Below are positions 41,428 to 50,913 of a stretch of DNA of 64,000 nucleotides, in pieces; within the stretch, counting starts at the first letter, position 1, and every line of letters starts with the position of its first letter. Source of the stretch: an uncultured Chloroflexia bacterium (GTDB lineage Bacteria; Chloroflexota; Limnocylindria; Limnocylindrales; CSP1-4). The stretch is taken from positions 192,001-256,000 of the forward strand of contig CAVVCZ010000004.1 of assembly GCA_963746845.1 (NCBI GenBank), given 5' to 3'. Both the position numbers and the translations under genes were made by a program. The notes beneath the pieces are model-generated. The model was not told the origin of the DNA and did no database searches. It saw only the letters and a list, made by a program, of their open reading frames with translations.

Positions 41428-42857
41428 CAGATCGCCCGGAGGCCCCGCGGCGGCCAGTCCCAGTCGATCGGGGTCGCGGCCGCCGACAGGGCGCGCCGCC
41501 GGCCGGCCTCGGTCGCACCGAGGACGACGATCCGATCGGTCTTGGTGGCACGGCCCGCCTCGGCGCCCCACAGCTTCGTCATCTTCCGGTTCGCCGCGAT
41601 CTCGTCCCGGGCGATCCCGGCCAGCCGGTAGCCCTCCGGCTCGGCCGACTCCTCCCAGACCCGCTCGGCCAGCCCGATCGCGCCCGCGATCGGTCGCCCG
41701 CGATCGGTCTCGACGTCGCCGATCACGAGGACGACGATCGCGTCGTCGGCGAGGATCGAGCGGAGGTCCACGAGGACATCGCGCAGGAACGCGAGGTACG
41801 GCTCGCGGTGGTGGGCGTCGTCGAGGCTCGCGTCGATGGCGCGGGCGTCGAAGCCGAGGAACCACGTGCGCAGCCAGTTGTAGTAGCCGTACTTCACGAC
41901 CCGGAGGTAGGGCGGCGATGTCACCACGAGCCGGGACCGCTCCGGCAGCCCGCGGGCGCGCAGCGCCGATCTCGCCCGTCCCGCCGAATCCCGCGCATCG
42001 CCCAGGAGGGCGATCCCCGGCGACGACGGGAGCGCCTCCCGCTGGAGCCGGGCGAGCTTGCGTTCGAGACCCGTGAACACGTCGCGCTCCGGGGCCGAGA
42101 ACCCGGTTCGCGCCGCGTACTCGCGGACGTAGCGCGGGGCCATGCTGAACGTGTTGGGCATCAGCGGCGAGAGATACGACGCGCTCTTGCCGTGGAGGAT
42201 CCCGGTCATCGCGGCGGCGATGAACCGGTCGGTCCGGTCATCGAGGCGGAGCGCGGCCCGGAGGTACAGGAGCTGGGCGAGCGTCCGCGGGTGGAAGGCG
42301 ACCGCGACCTCGGCGGGGACCGGCTCGGTGGCCTCGCCGATGGGACCGCTGCCGGCCGCCGGGACAAGAACGACCGGGCCGCCGTCCGGTGCGATGACGC
42401 GGCTCGCCAGGTCCAGCCAGGCGCCGGACTGCGCCGTCCATCCGAGCCGCAGGCTCGTCACCCGTGGCGCGGTCTCCGCCCGGCCCGCCGGCTCGACCTT
42501 GGCCGCGGTCAGGAGGTGCGCGAACGGGTTCAGATCGTTGCCGACCCCGATCCGTCCCTCGGCGGTCGCCTCGAGGGGGGTCGTGCCGCGTCCGCTGAAC
42601 GGGTCGAAGACCACGTCACCGCGCCGGCTGTAACGTGCGATGAAGGCGTGAGCGAGCGACGCGGGGAAGCTGGCCAGGTACGAGCACATCGGGTGGAGCG
42701 GGTGGCCCCACAGCCGCTGCTGGTCCTTCCACTCGGGCGCGATCGCGATGGCGGGCAGACCCGGGACGGCGACCGGCGGCCCGACGGACGTGTCGTGCTC
42801 CGTCTCGAGCGACAGGGCGAGCTGGGTCGCGGTCGAGGACCGCGGGTCGTTCGTCAC
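41427..42857 (-). CDS. DNA amino-methyltransferase (N4-C/N6-A, alpha-type motif order)
   Basis: YLASFP, VFDPFSGRGTT (motif I) N-terminal, VVTSPPY (motif IV) C-terminal. Confidence 0.85.
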   Translation of the reverse strand: MTNDPRSSTATQLALSLETEHDTSVGPPVAVPGLPAIAIAPEWKDQQRLWGHPLHPMCSYLASFPASLAHAFIARYSRRGDVVFDPFSGRGTTPLEATAEGRIGVGNDLNPFAHLLTAAKVEPAGRAETAPRVTSLRLGWTAQSGAWLDLASRVIAPDGGPVVLVPAAGSGPIGEATEPVPAEVAVAFHPRTLAQLLYLRAALRLDDRTDRFIAAAMTGILHGKSASYLSPLMPNTFSMAPRYVREYAARTGFSAPERDVFTGLERKLARLQREALPSSPGIALLGDARDSAGRARSALRARGLPERSRLVVTSPPYLRVVKYGYYNWLRTWFLGFDARAIDASLDDAHHREPYLAFLRDVLVDLRSILADDAIVVLVIGDVETDRGRPIAGAIGLAERVWEESAEPEGYRLAGIARDEIAANRKMTKLWGAEAGRATKTDRIVVLGATEAGRRRALSAAATPIDWDWPPRGLRAI

Positions 42858-42969
42858 GTCGGTCGGTGGGCTCCTGCGTCTGACGGGCCGCGGAGCATAC
42901 CACGCACGAATCCGGCTTCCGAGAGGGTGGATCGGCCGGTCGATGCCGCGCGGTGCGGGCGGGCACCGC

Positions 42970-45063
42970 TCAGGCGGCGATCACCCGGTTGCGGCCGGCG
43001 CGCTTGGCCATGACGAGGCCCACGTCGGCGCGCGCGATGATGTCCGAGAACCGATGGTCGTCCGCCCCCATCGACGAGACGCCGGCCGAGACGGTCGCGC
43101 TGACGCGCGTGCCGTCGGTGCCCGGGACGTGGGTCGCGGCGAACGACTTCCGGATCTGCTCGGCGAAGCCCGTGGCCTGTTCGGCCGTCGCGCCCTCGAG
43201 GATCGCGAGGAACTCCTCACCGCCGTACCGCGCGACGAGGTCCGACTCGCGGCACCGCGCCCGGAGCACATCGGCGAACGCGCGCAGGATCGCGTCGCCG
43301 GTCTGGTGGCCGTGCCGCTTGTTGATCGACCCGAACTGGTCGAGGTCGAAGATCACCGCAGCTGCCGGCTCTCGATCGGGCGCGGCCCGCCGGGCGCGGC
43401 TGGCCTCCATCCGGGCCATCGCCCCGTCGAGGTGGCGACGGTTGAACAGCCCCGTCAGCGAGTCGCGGACGGACAGCTCGGTCACCTCCATGTGGAGGAA
43501 CGTGTTCGTGATCGCGAGCGCCACGAGGCCGGCGATGATCGGCAGGGCCTCGAGCTCGTCGGGTGCGAACGGCTTCGCGATGTCCATCCGCAGGATCGTC
43601 AGGGCACCGACGACGACGTCGTCGCGGATCAGCGGCACGGCGGCGCCGGCCATCGGCTCGGTCGGCCCCCCGCCGGCCACGATCACCGGGCTCCGCATCG
43701 GGTCGAACCGGTCATCGACGACGAGCACGCGGTCCCGGATCGCCCGGCCGGCGAGCCCCTCGCCGGGCTCGATCGTCATCCCCAGGTGGCCCTTCTCGGG
43801 CCCGGTGACCGCCCGCAGCACGTACTGGGTCGTCGCACGATCGAGGATCGTCAGGGCCACGGAGTCCGCGCCGAGCAGCGAGCACGCCTCCTCGACGATC
43901 GCCTGGTTGAGCCGCTCGGGATCGAGCGTCCCGTTGACGGCCGCCGCGAACGACGTCAGGTGGCGGAACAGCTCGGCGCGTGCGGCGAGACGCTCGCGAT
44001 CCGCGGCCAGGGCGAGGGCCGATGCAAGACGGTCCGCGACGAGGCCCATCGTGCCGACGTCGCTCTCGTCGAGAGCGGATCCGCTGCTCGCCTCGACGTT
44101 GATGATCCCGACGAGCCCCTCGTCGGCCAGCATCGGGGCGCAGATCTCGGCCCGCACGATGCCCGAGGCGCTTCGGTAGTCCGGGTCGGAGGTGACGTCG
44201 GGGACGAACGCCATGGTCCGGGTTCGCATCACCCGGCCGATGACCCCGCTCGTCCCGTCGAATGTGTCGATGACGGTGTCGTAGCCGCGCTGCGCCGCGA
44301 GCCGCATCCGGCCCGGATCCCCGAGATACACGGAGACGAAGTCGTAGCCGAGGTCCTGGCGGACCATCGAGACGATCCGCTCGAGGGTCGTCGCGTCGGG
44401 CCCGGTCGCCGCGAGGAGCCTGCCCACGCTCTCGACGGCCGCGACCTGGCGCGAGCGCCGCCGGTCACGCGCGAGCAGCGTCGACAGCCGGCGAACCGTC
44501 ACGGTCAGCGCGGAGATGGTCCGCCGAGTCCCGATCGAGATGAGAACGGCGGTGCCGCTGAGCGCGACCGCACGCTGGGCGTCGATCGACCACGAGTCCG
44601 GCGTGGCGGACAGGACGGGCAGCAGGTAGAGGGTGACCGCAGCGACACCGACGAGGATCGCCTGGCGTGTGCCCTGGACCGCCGCCAGGGCGACGACCGG
44701 GATGTAGAGGGCAGCGGCCGGGCGGAAGTCGCCCGAGCGGAGCAGGGCCGTGACGGTCGTGACGTACAGGATGGCCAGGACGAACCGGGCGATGTTGATG
44801 ACCGCCCGCTGGCTCGCGCTCGGGTGCAGGTACGGCGCGGCGACGGCGGCGAGCGTCTGGGCCGCGAGGAACTCGACGCTGATCGCCACGACACGCTCGA
44901 TCTCGTCGTGGTCGCCGACGAACGCGATCAGGAGCGACGTCAGGACCAGCCCGACCGCGAGAAGCGCGTGCGGATCCCGGGTCACCCGATGCAGGGTTCG
45001 CCGGCCGAACCGCGCCTGGCCGTGGGCACGCCCCGGCGCGGTCGAGACACGGATCGTCGTCAT
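42970..45063 (-). CDS. membrane-bound GAF-GAF-GGDEF diguanylate cyclase
   Basis: About 6 N-terminal TMs, two GAF domains, DSLTGLFNRR, RESD I-site, RYGGEEF. Confidence 0.92.
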   Translation of the reverse strand: MTTIRVSTAPGRAHGQARFGRRTLHRVTRDPHALLAVGLVLTSLLIAFVGDHDEIERVVAISVEFLAAQTLAAVAAPYLHPSASQRAVINIARFVLAILYVTTVTALLRSGDFRPAAALYIPVVALAAVQGTRQAILVGVAAVTLYLLPVLSATPDSWSIDAQRAVALSGTAVLISIGTRRTISALTVTVRRLSTLLARDRRRSRQVAAVESVGRLLAATGPDATTLERIVSMVRQDLGYDFVSVYLGDPGRMRLAAQRGYDTVIDTFDGTSGVIGRVMRTRTMAFVPDVTSDPDYRSASGIVRAEICAPMLADEGLVGIINVEASSGSALDESDVGTMGLVADRLASALALAADRERLAARAELFRHLTSFAAAVNGTLDPERLNQAIVEEACSLLGADSVALTILDRATTQYVLRAVTGPEKGHLGMTIEPGEGLAGRAIRDRVLVVDDRFDPMRSPVIVAGGGPTEPMAGAAVPLIRDDVVVGALTILRMDIAKPFAPDELEALPIIAGLVALAITNTFLHMEVTELSVRDSLTGLFNRRHLDGAMARMEASRARRAAPDREPAAAVIFDLDQFGSINKRHGHQTGDAILRAFADVLRARCRESDLVARYGGEEFLAILEGATAEQATGFAEQIRKSFAATHVPGTDGTRVSATVSAGVSSMGADDHRFSDIIARADVGLVMAKRAGRNRVIAA

Positions 45064-45191
45064 CGCCCTGCACCGTACCGGTGCGCCCACGCGCCGGACC
45101 ACCCGCCGGAGGTCCCGTGCGTGCTGGTCCGTTCGACGGGAGCCCCGGTCATCGCGCCCCGTGTGCCCGGATGGGTAGACTCGCCCCGCAC

Positions 45192-45267
45192 GTCCCCGTA
45201 GCTCAGTGGACAGAGCAGCCGCCTTCTAAGCGGAAGGTCCCGCGTTCGAGTCGCGGCGGGGACGCCA
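45192..45267 (+). tRNA. tRNA-Arg(TCT)
   Basis: Acceptor GTCCCCG/CGGGGAC, D-arm GCTC/GAGC, loop CT-TCT-AA, TTCGAGT, encoded CCA. Confidence 0.95.
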
Positions 45268-45280
45268 GCCATCGCCCGAC

Positions 45281-45574
45281 TCAGCCCAGGTCGGCGCCCT
45301 CCATCTCCATCTCGTCGGGGTCGTCGAGGGCTTCGTCTGCGTAGCACCAGCGCCAGGATTCACCGGGCTGGATCGACCGTGCGACGGGGTGGCCGGTCTG
45401 GGCGAAGTGGGCCGACGCGTGACGGTTCTTGCTCATGTCGCAGCAGGCGACGTTGCCGCACGTCGTGCACATCCGGAGATGGACCCACTCGTCGCCGAGG
45501 GCCACGCAGGCGGCGCAGCCCACGCTGGCCGGGACGGCCTCGCGCGTTTCCCAGAGGTGGGGACAGGTGCTCAT
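45281..45574 (-). CDS. UBP-type zinc finger protein
   Basis: CPH...CAAC...WVHLRMCTTCGNVACCD...HASAHF...WRWCY. Confidence 0.92.
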   Translation of the reverse strand: MSTCPHLWETREAVPASVGCAACVALGDEWVHLRMCTTCGNVACCDMSKNRHASAHFAQTGHPVARSIQPGESWRWCYADEALDDPDEMEMEGADLG

Positions 45575-45664
45575 CGGCCCGCAGCGTACCGCGTGCGGGC
45601 CGATGGGTTCGATCGGCCGTTGGCCGAAGGGCGGCGGCGCCGATGCGACGGCGCCGCGCGGGTC

Positions 45665-46732
45665 TCAGGCGGCGGCTGCGGTCCGGGCCTGGTCGATGAG
45701 GCTCTGGGCCTCCTTGATCGGGATCGCGAAGCCGATCCCCTCGGCGGTCGCGGCGGTGGCGGTGTTGACGCCGACGACCTCGCCGGCCGCGTTCAGGAGC
45801 GGTCCGCCGCTGTTGCCGGGGTTGATCGCCGCGTCGGTCTGGATCAGGCCGCTGAGCGTGACCGGGCGACCGGTCTGCTCGTCCTGGACCTGGATCGAGC
45901 GGTCGAGCGCCGACACGATCCCCTTCGTGACCGTCTCGGTGAACGTCCCGAGAGGGCTGCCGATCGCGATCGCCGTCTGGCCGACCTGGATCGCGTCCGA
46001 GTTGCCGATGGTCGCCGGCTTCAGGCCCGTGGCGTCGATCTTCACGAGGGCGAGGTCCTGCGTGTCCGAGATCTTCACGACGTTCGCGGGGTACTCCGTC
46101 CCGTCGGCCATGGTCGCCTTGAGCGACTGCGAGCCCTCGACGACGTGGCGATTGGTCAATGCGTATCCGTCGGCGGTCAGGACGATCCCGGTGCCGATCC
46201 CGGTCGCGGTGCCGCCACCGAAGAAGCCGCCGCCCCGGCCGGTGCTGATCTCCGAGGTGAGCGTCACGACCGAGTCGCGGACGTTGGCGACGACGCCCGT
46301 GATGTCCTCCTGCTGGATTGACGTCGAGCCGTTCGAGCCGGGGTTCGCGGCGGTGGTCGAGGCGGACGCCGGTGTCGTGGCGGTGGTGCGGGGAAGGGCG
46401 ACCTCGACGAGAGCGGCGGTCGAGACGGACGCCACCAGGGCGGCGACGAGGGCGGTTCCGGCGACGGCCCCGAGCGATCGTCGACCACCGGACGAGCTGC
46501 CACGGGACGAGCTCGCCCCACCTGACGCCTCGAACGCGGGCACCTCGGCGGCACGGGCCGTCGGCCACGCCGCCGGTGCCGGGGCCGGCGTGACGGGCAC
46601 GGAGGCCGCCGCCCAACCGAGCGGCTGCGACGGCGTGGGCGGCCAGGTGGCGCCCGCCTGGGGCTGCCACGGCTGGGTCGGCGGGTTCGGCGGGTTTGGC
46701 GTCGGCTGGCTGAACGGGTCGTTCGGGTTCAT
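45665..46732 (-). CDS. HtrA/DegP-like trypsin serine protease without a PDZ domain
   Basis: TM anchor, TNRHVV, DLA, QTDAAINPGNSGGPL; ends shortly after GFAIP. Confidence 0.92.
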   Translation of the reverse strand: MNPNDPFSQPTPNPPNPPTQPWQPQAGATWPPTPSQPLGWAAASVPVTPAPAPAAWPTARAAEVPAFEASGGASSSRGSSSGGRRSLGAVAGTALVAALVASVSTAALVEVALPRTTATTPASASTTAANPGSNGSTSIQQEDITGVVANVRDSVVTLTSEISTGRGGGFFGGGTATGIGTGIVLTADGYALTNRHVVEGSQSLKATMADGTEYPANVVKISDTQDLALVKIDATGLKPATIGNSDAIQVGQTAIAIGSPLGTFTETVTKGIVSALDRSIQVQDEQTGRPVTLSGLIQTDAAINPGNSGGPLLNAAGEVVGVNTATAATAEGIGFAIPIKEAQSLIDQARTAAAA

Positions 46733-46790
46733 CGGGAGACTTCTCCGGTCGCGGACTGGTCGGTGTTGTCTCCCATGACATCGTGCCGGA

Positions 46791-46807
46791 CTGAGAACAG
46801 CCTGAGA
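46791..46807 (-). promoter_or_regulatory. MprA-like direct-repeat box upstream of the protease gene
   Basis: Minus strand TCTCAG-GCTGT-TCTCAG. Confidence 0.75.
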
Positions 46808-46826
46808 CATGTCTCCCGGACTTGGA

Positions 46827-46854
46827 AGCGCGCGAGCCGGTGGGCTCGCGCGCT
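46827..46854 (-). terminator. hairpin downstream of the DUF5666 gene
   Basis: 12-bp stem AGCGCGCGAGCC/GGCTCGCGCGCT, 4-nt loop; weak U tail. Confidence 0.55.
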
Positions 46855-46875
46855 CGTGCGGAACGGGGTGACGGA

Positions 46876-48054
46876 CTAGCCGGTGCTGCCGCTCGGTGCC
46901 GGGGATCCGTTCGACTGGACCTTCGGCTTGTCAGGGTGATCGCCCTTGGCGCGGGGTTGTCCCGCCCGGACGGCCGTCGCGTCGAGCGAGCCGTCGGTCC
47001 GCTGCGTGCCCTTGACGACGATCACCATGCCGGCCTTGACGTCGGACACGGTGGCCTTGTCGACGCCCCCGACGCCGATCGTCGTGGCGCTCCCGACGTG
47101 GACCGTCAGCTTCGTGCCGTCCCGGCGCAGGACGGTGATCGTGTTGCCGCTCACCGAGTCGACCGTCCCACCGACGCGCGGAAGGATGATTGTCACGCTC
47201 GTCGCGGTCATGTTGCCGGTGTTCGCCTGCTCCCCGGTGACGCTGACGACGGAGCCGACCTTCAGGTCGGACCGGCTGCCGTCCGCGTTGTCCAGGTGGT
47301 ACTTGGTCGAGCTGTTCGTGTTGATCGTCTCGGTCGTGTTGCCACGGACCTTGATCGTGAACGAGTTCGCGTCGACGGCCGTGACCGAGCCCGCGGCCCG
47401 GGGCAGGACGATCGCCAGCGCGGTGATCGTGTAGGTGCCGTCGTCGTTCTTCTTCTGCCCGAACCGCACGGTGTCGCCGACCGAGACGTCGGCGATCGTC
47501 GCGGGCTCGCCGCCCTTCGTGATCTTCGCGTCGGACGGGACGGTGATCGTCCGGGTCCACCCGTCGCTCGTGGCGAGCGAGACCTTGCTGCCGGAGACGG
47601 CGGTGACGGTGATCTTGCCGGACCCGACGCCGCCGAAGCGGTCGCCACGGCCGGCGCCGTTGCCCTTGCCGGCCGAGAACGGAGCGAAGACGCCGAACGG
47701 GCCGAAGCCGCGGGACGCGCCCTGGTCGCCGGCCTTGTCAGGGTCCTTCGAGGGCTGCGCCGCGGCGGCGGACGGATCCGCGCCGGCGTTCGAGGTCGAA
47801 GCGCCGGGGTCCGGCGACGCACCCATCACGACGGCGGTCCCGAGCGCGACCACCAGGGCCGCACCCAGGACGATGCCCGCGCGGATCGCGGAGGTGCGGT
47901 CCGGCGTGCGCCCGCCGAAGGCGGCACTGGAGGCCGGCGCCGGCGCGGCTGGCGTCGAATCGAACGGCTCGATCCGCGTGCTATCGACCCCGCCGAACGG
48001 CTCGGTCACGGGGTCGAGGTCCCGGTTGAGGGCATCGCCGGTATTTTCGTGCAT
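46876..48054 (-). CDS. membrane-anchored DUF5666-repeat protein
   Basis: One TM then three repeats G-VTAV-G-TIT...D(V/L)KVG..V.V.G. Confidence 0.8.
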   Translation of the reverse strand: MHENTGDALNRDLDPVTEPFGGVDSTRIEPFDSTPAAPAPASSAAFGGRTPDRTSAIRAGIVLGAALVVALGTAVVMGASPDPGASTSNAGADPSAAAAQPSKDPDKAGDQGASRGFGPFGVFAPFSAGKGNGAGRGDRFGGVGSGKITVTAVSGSKVSLATSDGWTRTITVPSDAKITKGGEPATIADVSVGDTVRFGQKKNDDGTYTITALAIVLPRAAGSVTAVDANSFTIKVRGNTTETINTNSSTKYHLDNADGSRSDLKVGSVVSVTGEQANTGNMTATSVTIILPRVGGTVDSVSGNTITVLRRDGTKLTVHVGSATTIGVGGVDKATVSDVKAGMVIVVKGTQRTDGSLDATAVRAGQPRAKGDHPDKPKVQSNGSPAPSGSTG

Positions 48055-48117
48055 CGTCGCTCCGATGAAGCGTCGCGGGATGATGGCGGCAGTTCAGGAC
48101 ATCATCTCGCACGAAAT

Positions 48118-48134
48118 CTGAGCGAGTCCTGAGA
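48118..48134 (-). promoter_or_regulatory. MprA-like direct-repeat box upstream of the DUF5666 gene
   Basis: Minus strand TCTCAG-GACTC-GCTCAG. Confidence 0.7.
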
Positions 48135-48183
48135 ATGGTGCATGGATGCCACGCGTCCTCGGGCGAGCCCGGTCGGGACGTGG

Positions 48184-49581
48184 TCAGGCCTGGCGTGGCC
48201 CCCCCGGAGCGAGGATCGGCCCGGGATCGGTGGCCGGAGCCGGAGGCACCTCGGCGGCGGGCAGGCGGACGGTGAACCGCGCGCCTCCCTCGGGCCGGTT
48301 GGCCACCGTGATCCGGCCGTCGTGGAGGTCGACGATCGACTTCGCGATCGCCAGGCCGAGCCCGGTCCCGCCGGCCTGCGCGCCAGGGGCGCGCCAGAAC
48401 CGGTCGAAGATCCGGGGCATGTCCTCGGGGCGGATGCCGGGCCCGTCGTCGTCGACCACGACGGTGACGTCCTGCCGATCGGCCCGGACCCGGACGAGCA
48501 CCGAGCCGCCGCGCGGCGTGTGGCGGATCCCGTTGTCGACGAGGATCACGATCAGCTGCCGCAGCCGGGCCCCGTCGCCACGGACCATCGCCGGCTCCGG
48601 GTCGAGCCCGAGGGAGACGCCGCGTTCTGCGGCGGGCTTCGCCAGCGCTCCGGCGCCGTCAGCCGCGACGTCGCCGAGATCGACCGGCATCCGGTTCAGG
48701 GTGATGGCCCCGGAGTCGGACCGGGCGAGGAGAAGGAGATCGTCGACCAGGGCGGTCATCTGTCCGACCTCGGCGTCGATGTCATCGAGCGCCTCGGTCG
48801 TGGCGGCCGCCTCGCCGCGGTTCCGGCGGAGATGCTCCACGGAGCTGCGGATCACCGTGAGCGGCGTCCGGAGCTCGTGGCTCGCGTCGGCGGCGAACTC
48901 GCGCTGCCGGTGGAGGGCCGACCGCTGGGAATCGAGCGACTCCCGGATCGGCACCAGGGCCCGTCGCGCGTAGATCGTGCCGAAGCCGACCGAGACCAGG
49001 ACCACCACGGCACCGCCGACCAGGAGCACGCGCAGGATCGCGTCGAGCGTCTGCTGCTCGGCCGTCCGGTCCTGGATCACCTGGATGTAGACGGTTCCAA
49101 CGTTCGCGTCCACCCGCTCGGTCATCGCCCGGATCGGCAGCGTGCCGATCGTCGACGGACGGATGTCGGCAGTGCCGCTGTCGACGGCTGCCGCCAGCGA
49201 GTCCTTGACCGGGAGACCCGGCGGGAGCTGGACGCCACGGCCGAGGTTGTTGCCATCGGCATCGACGGCCATCGCGAAGGTGCCGCTCGAGTTGCCGCCG
49301 AAGATGAAGCCGTATTCAGGCCCGCCTGGCCGTCCCCGCGGGTTCTGGATCTGGTCGACGATCTCGTCGGTCCGGTCCTCGAGCTGTTGCACGCCGTTCG
49401 CCTGGAGCGTGCGCGCCGCGCTCCAGTACAGGAGCATGCCGAGGATCGCAAGGACGACGAGGGTCGACAGGCCGCTCCAGAAGACCAGGCGCCACCGGAC
49501 GGTCCGGATCATCCGGGCGTCCGCCGCGATCGCCTCCGCGTCCGCCGGGTCGAGACCCGGCGTCAGCGCGCCGTCAGGCAC
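48184..49581 (-). CDS. sensor histidine kinase
   Basis: Two TMs, DASHELRTPL H-box, DNGIRH, DDGPGI, GTGLGLAI. Confidence 0.94.
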   Translation of the reverse strand: MPDGALTPGLDPADAEAIAADARMIRTVRWRLVFWSGLSTLVVLAILGMLLYWSAARTLQANGVQQLEDRTDEIVDQIQNPRGRPGGPEYGFIFGGNSSGTFAMAVDADGNNLGRGVQLPPGLPVKDSLAAAVDSGTADIRPSTIGTLPIRAMTERVDANVGTVYIQVIQDRTAEQQTLDAILRVLLVGGAVVVLVSVGFGTIYARRALVPIRESLDSQRSALHRQREFAADASHELRTPLTVIRSSVEHLRRNRGEAAATTEALDDIDAEVGQMTALVDDLLLLARSDSGAITLNRMPVDLGDVAADGAGALAKPAAERGVSLGLDPEPAMVRGDGARLRQLIVILVDNGIRHTPRGGSVLVRVRADRQDVTVVVDDDGPGIRPEDMPRIFDRFWRAPGAQAGGTGLGLAIAKSIVDLHDGRITVANRPEGGARFTVRLPAAEVPPAPATDPGPILAPGGPRQA

Positions 49582-50251
49582 CGTTGAGGCGATACCCGAT
49601 GCCCCGGACCGTCTCGATCCGGTCCCCCTCCGGCCCGAGCTTGGTCCGGAGGTAGTGGACGTAGGCGTCCACGGCATTGGGCGTGACGGCGACCCCGAAC
49701 GGCCAGGCCTGGTCGAGGAGCTGGTCGCGGCTCAGTGCCTGACCGGGGTGGCGGAGCAAGGATTCGAGCAGGGAGAACTCGCGGGGGCTCAGGTCGACCG
49801 GCCGGTCGTGGACCGTGACCGTGCGGGACGCCTCGTCGAGGCTGATCGGACCCGCGATCAGGCGCGGCTCGGGACGCCGGGCGGCGCTCTCGGCGCGCCG
49901 GGCGAGGGCGCGGAGGCGCGCCGCGAGCTCGTCGTAGCTGAACGGCTTCACGACGTAGTCGTCCGCCCCGGAGTCGAGACCGCTGACGCGGTCGCCGACC
50001 GTGTCACGCGCGGTGAGCATCAGGATCGCGAGCTCCTTGCGCTCGCGTCGGATCTGGCGGGCGACCTCGAGGCCGGAGATGTCGGGCAGGCCGATGTCGA
50101 GGATGACGACGTCGATGCCGTTCTCGCCGAGGGCGATCTCGAGCCCGGTCTCTCCGTCGGCGGCGATCTCGACGTTGTGGCGGTCCTGCTCGAGGAGCCG
50201 CGCCAGCGATCTGCTGAGACGCGGGTCGTCCTCGACGAGGAGGATCTTCAT
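49574..50251 (-). CDS. OmpR-family response regulator (MprA-like)
   Basis: LLVEDD, LDIGLP, GADDYVVKPF, ETVRGIGY. Confidence 0.95.
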   Translation of the reverse strand: MKILLVEDDPRLSRSLARLLEQDRHNVEIAADGETGLEIALGENGIDVVILDIGLPDISGLEVARQIRRERKELAILMLTARDTVGDRVSGLDSGADDYVVKPFSYDELAARLRALARRAESAARRPEPRLIAGPISLDEASRTVTVHDRPVDLSPREFSLLESLLRHPGQALSRDQLLDQAWPFGVAVTPNAVDAYVHYLRTKLGPEGDRIETVRGIGYRLNGA

Positions 50252-50421
50252 CGGGCTGGTGGTCCTTCTCCTGGCGTGCGGTTCACGCGTGCTCGGACGA
50301 TCGTGCCAGAGGTTGTCGAGTCGATGGTGTCGTGGGCCGAAGGTTGTTCCCTGCCATGGGCCGAGGTGGAGGAGGAGAGTCGACCCACGGCAGGGATCGA
50401 GATGGATGCTCGAACGAGCCC

Positions 50422-50438
50422 CTGAGAGGGTCGTGAGA
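50422..50438 (-). promoter_or_regulatory. MprA-like box upstream of the response regulator (autoregulation)
   Basis: Minus strand TCTCAC-GACCC-TCTCAG. Confidence 0.65.
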
Positions 50439-50621
50439 TCGCGACGCGTCCCTCCGGGCCTGCGGCCGGCGAGGGACGTTGGTACCAGCGACTAGCCCAA
50501 AGTACGGCTTGGCGACCCTTCGGAGGCACCCATACGCTCCGCCCATCAACAAGCCGCACTCCACCCCGCGCCACCCTTCGGGTGCGGACGCCATCCTCGC
50601 GTACAGAAAGGCAACGACCAT

Positions 50622-50816
50622 ATGGGCTCTATGGCCGTGAATGAGCTGGGGCCGATGCTCACCGCGACGGAAGTCGCCGAGATGCTCCACCTCCACGTGA
50701 ATACGGTGAAGCGACTCGGGGATCGCGGCGAGCTTCCGTTCTATCGCGTCTGCAAGCGGGGCGATCGTCGCTTCCGCCTCGATGACGTGATGAAGTTCCT
50801 CGCCCAGAACCGCTGA
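50622..50816 (+). CDS. small HTH_17 (excisionase/BldC-like) DNA-binding protein
   Basis: MLTATEVAEMLHLHVNTVKRLGDRGELPFYR...GDRRFR; GAAAGG RBS. Confidence 0.88.
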   Translation: MGSMAVNELGPMLTATEVAEMLHLHVNTVKRLGDRGELPFYRVCKRGDRRFRLDDVMKFLAQNR

Positions 50817-50913
50817 TCCGAGCCTGATCGGGCGGTTCCGCCGCTGACGACTGTTCTCTCTCACGAGGCGTCCGTCCCATCGTGGCGGGCGCTTCGCCGT
50901 GTCCGGGGGTGCC

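Noticed and set aside
37383-45267. Genomic island between tRNA-Glu and tRNA-Arg
   Set aside because: No integrase, no duplicated tRNA 3' end seen, and composition looks like the host
50283-50357. 24-aa upstream ORF in the response-regulator leader
   Set aside because: No RBS and no coding-like composition
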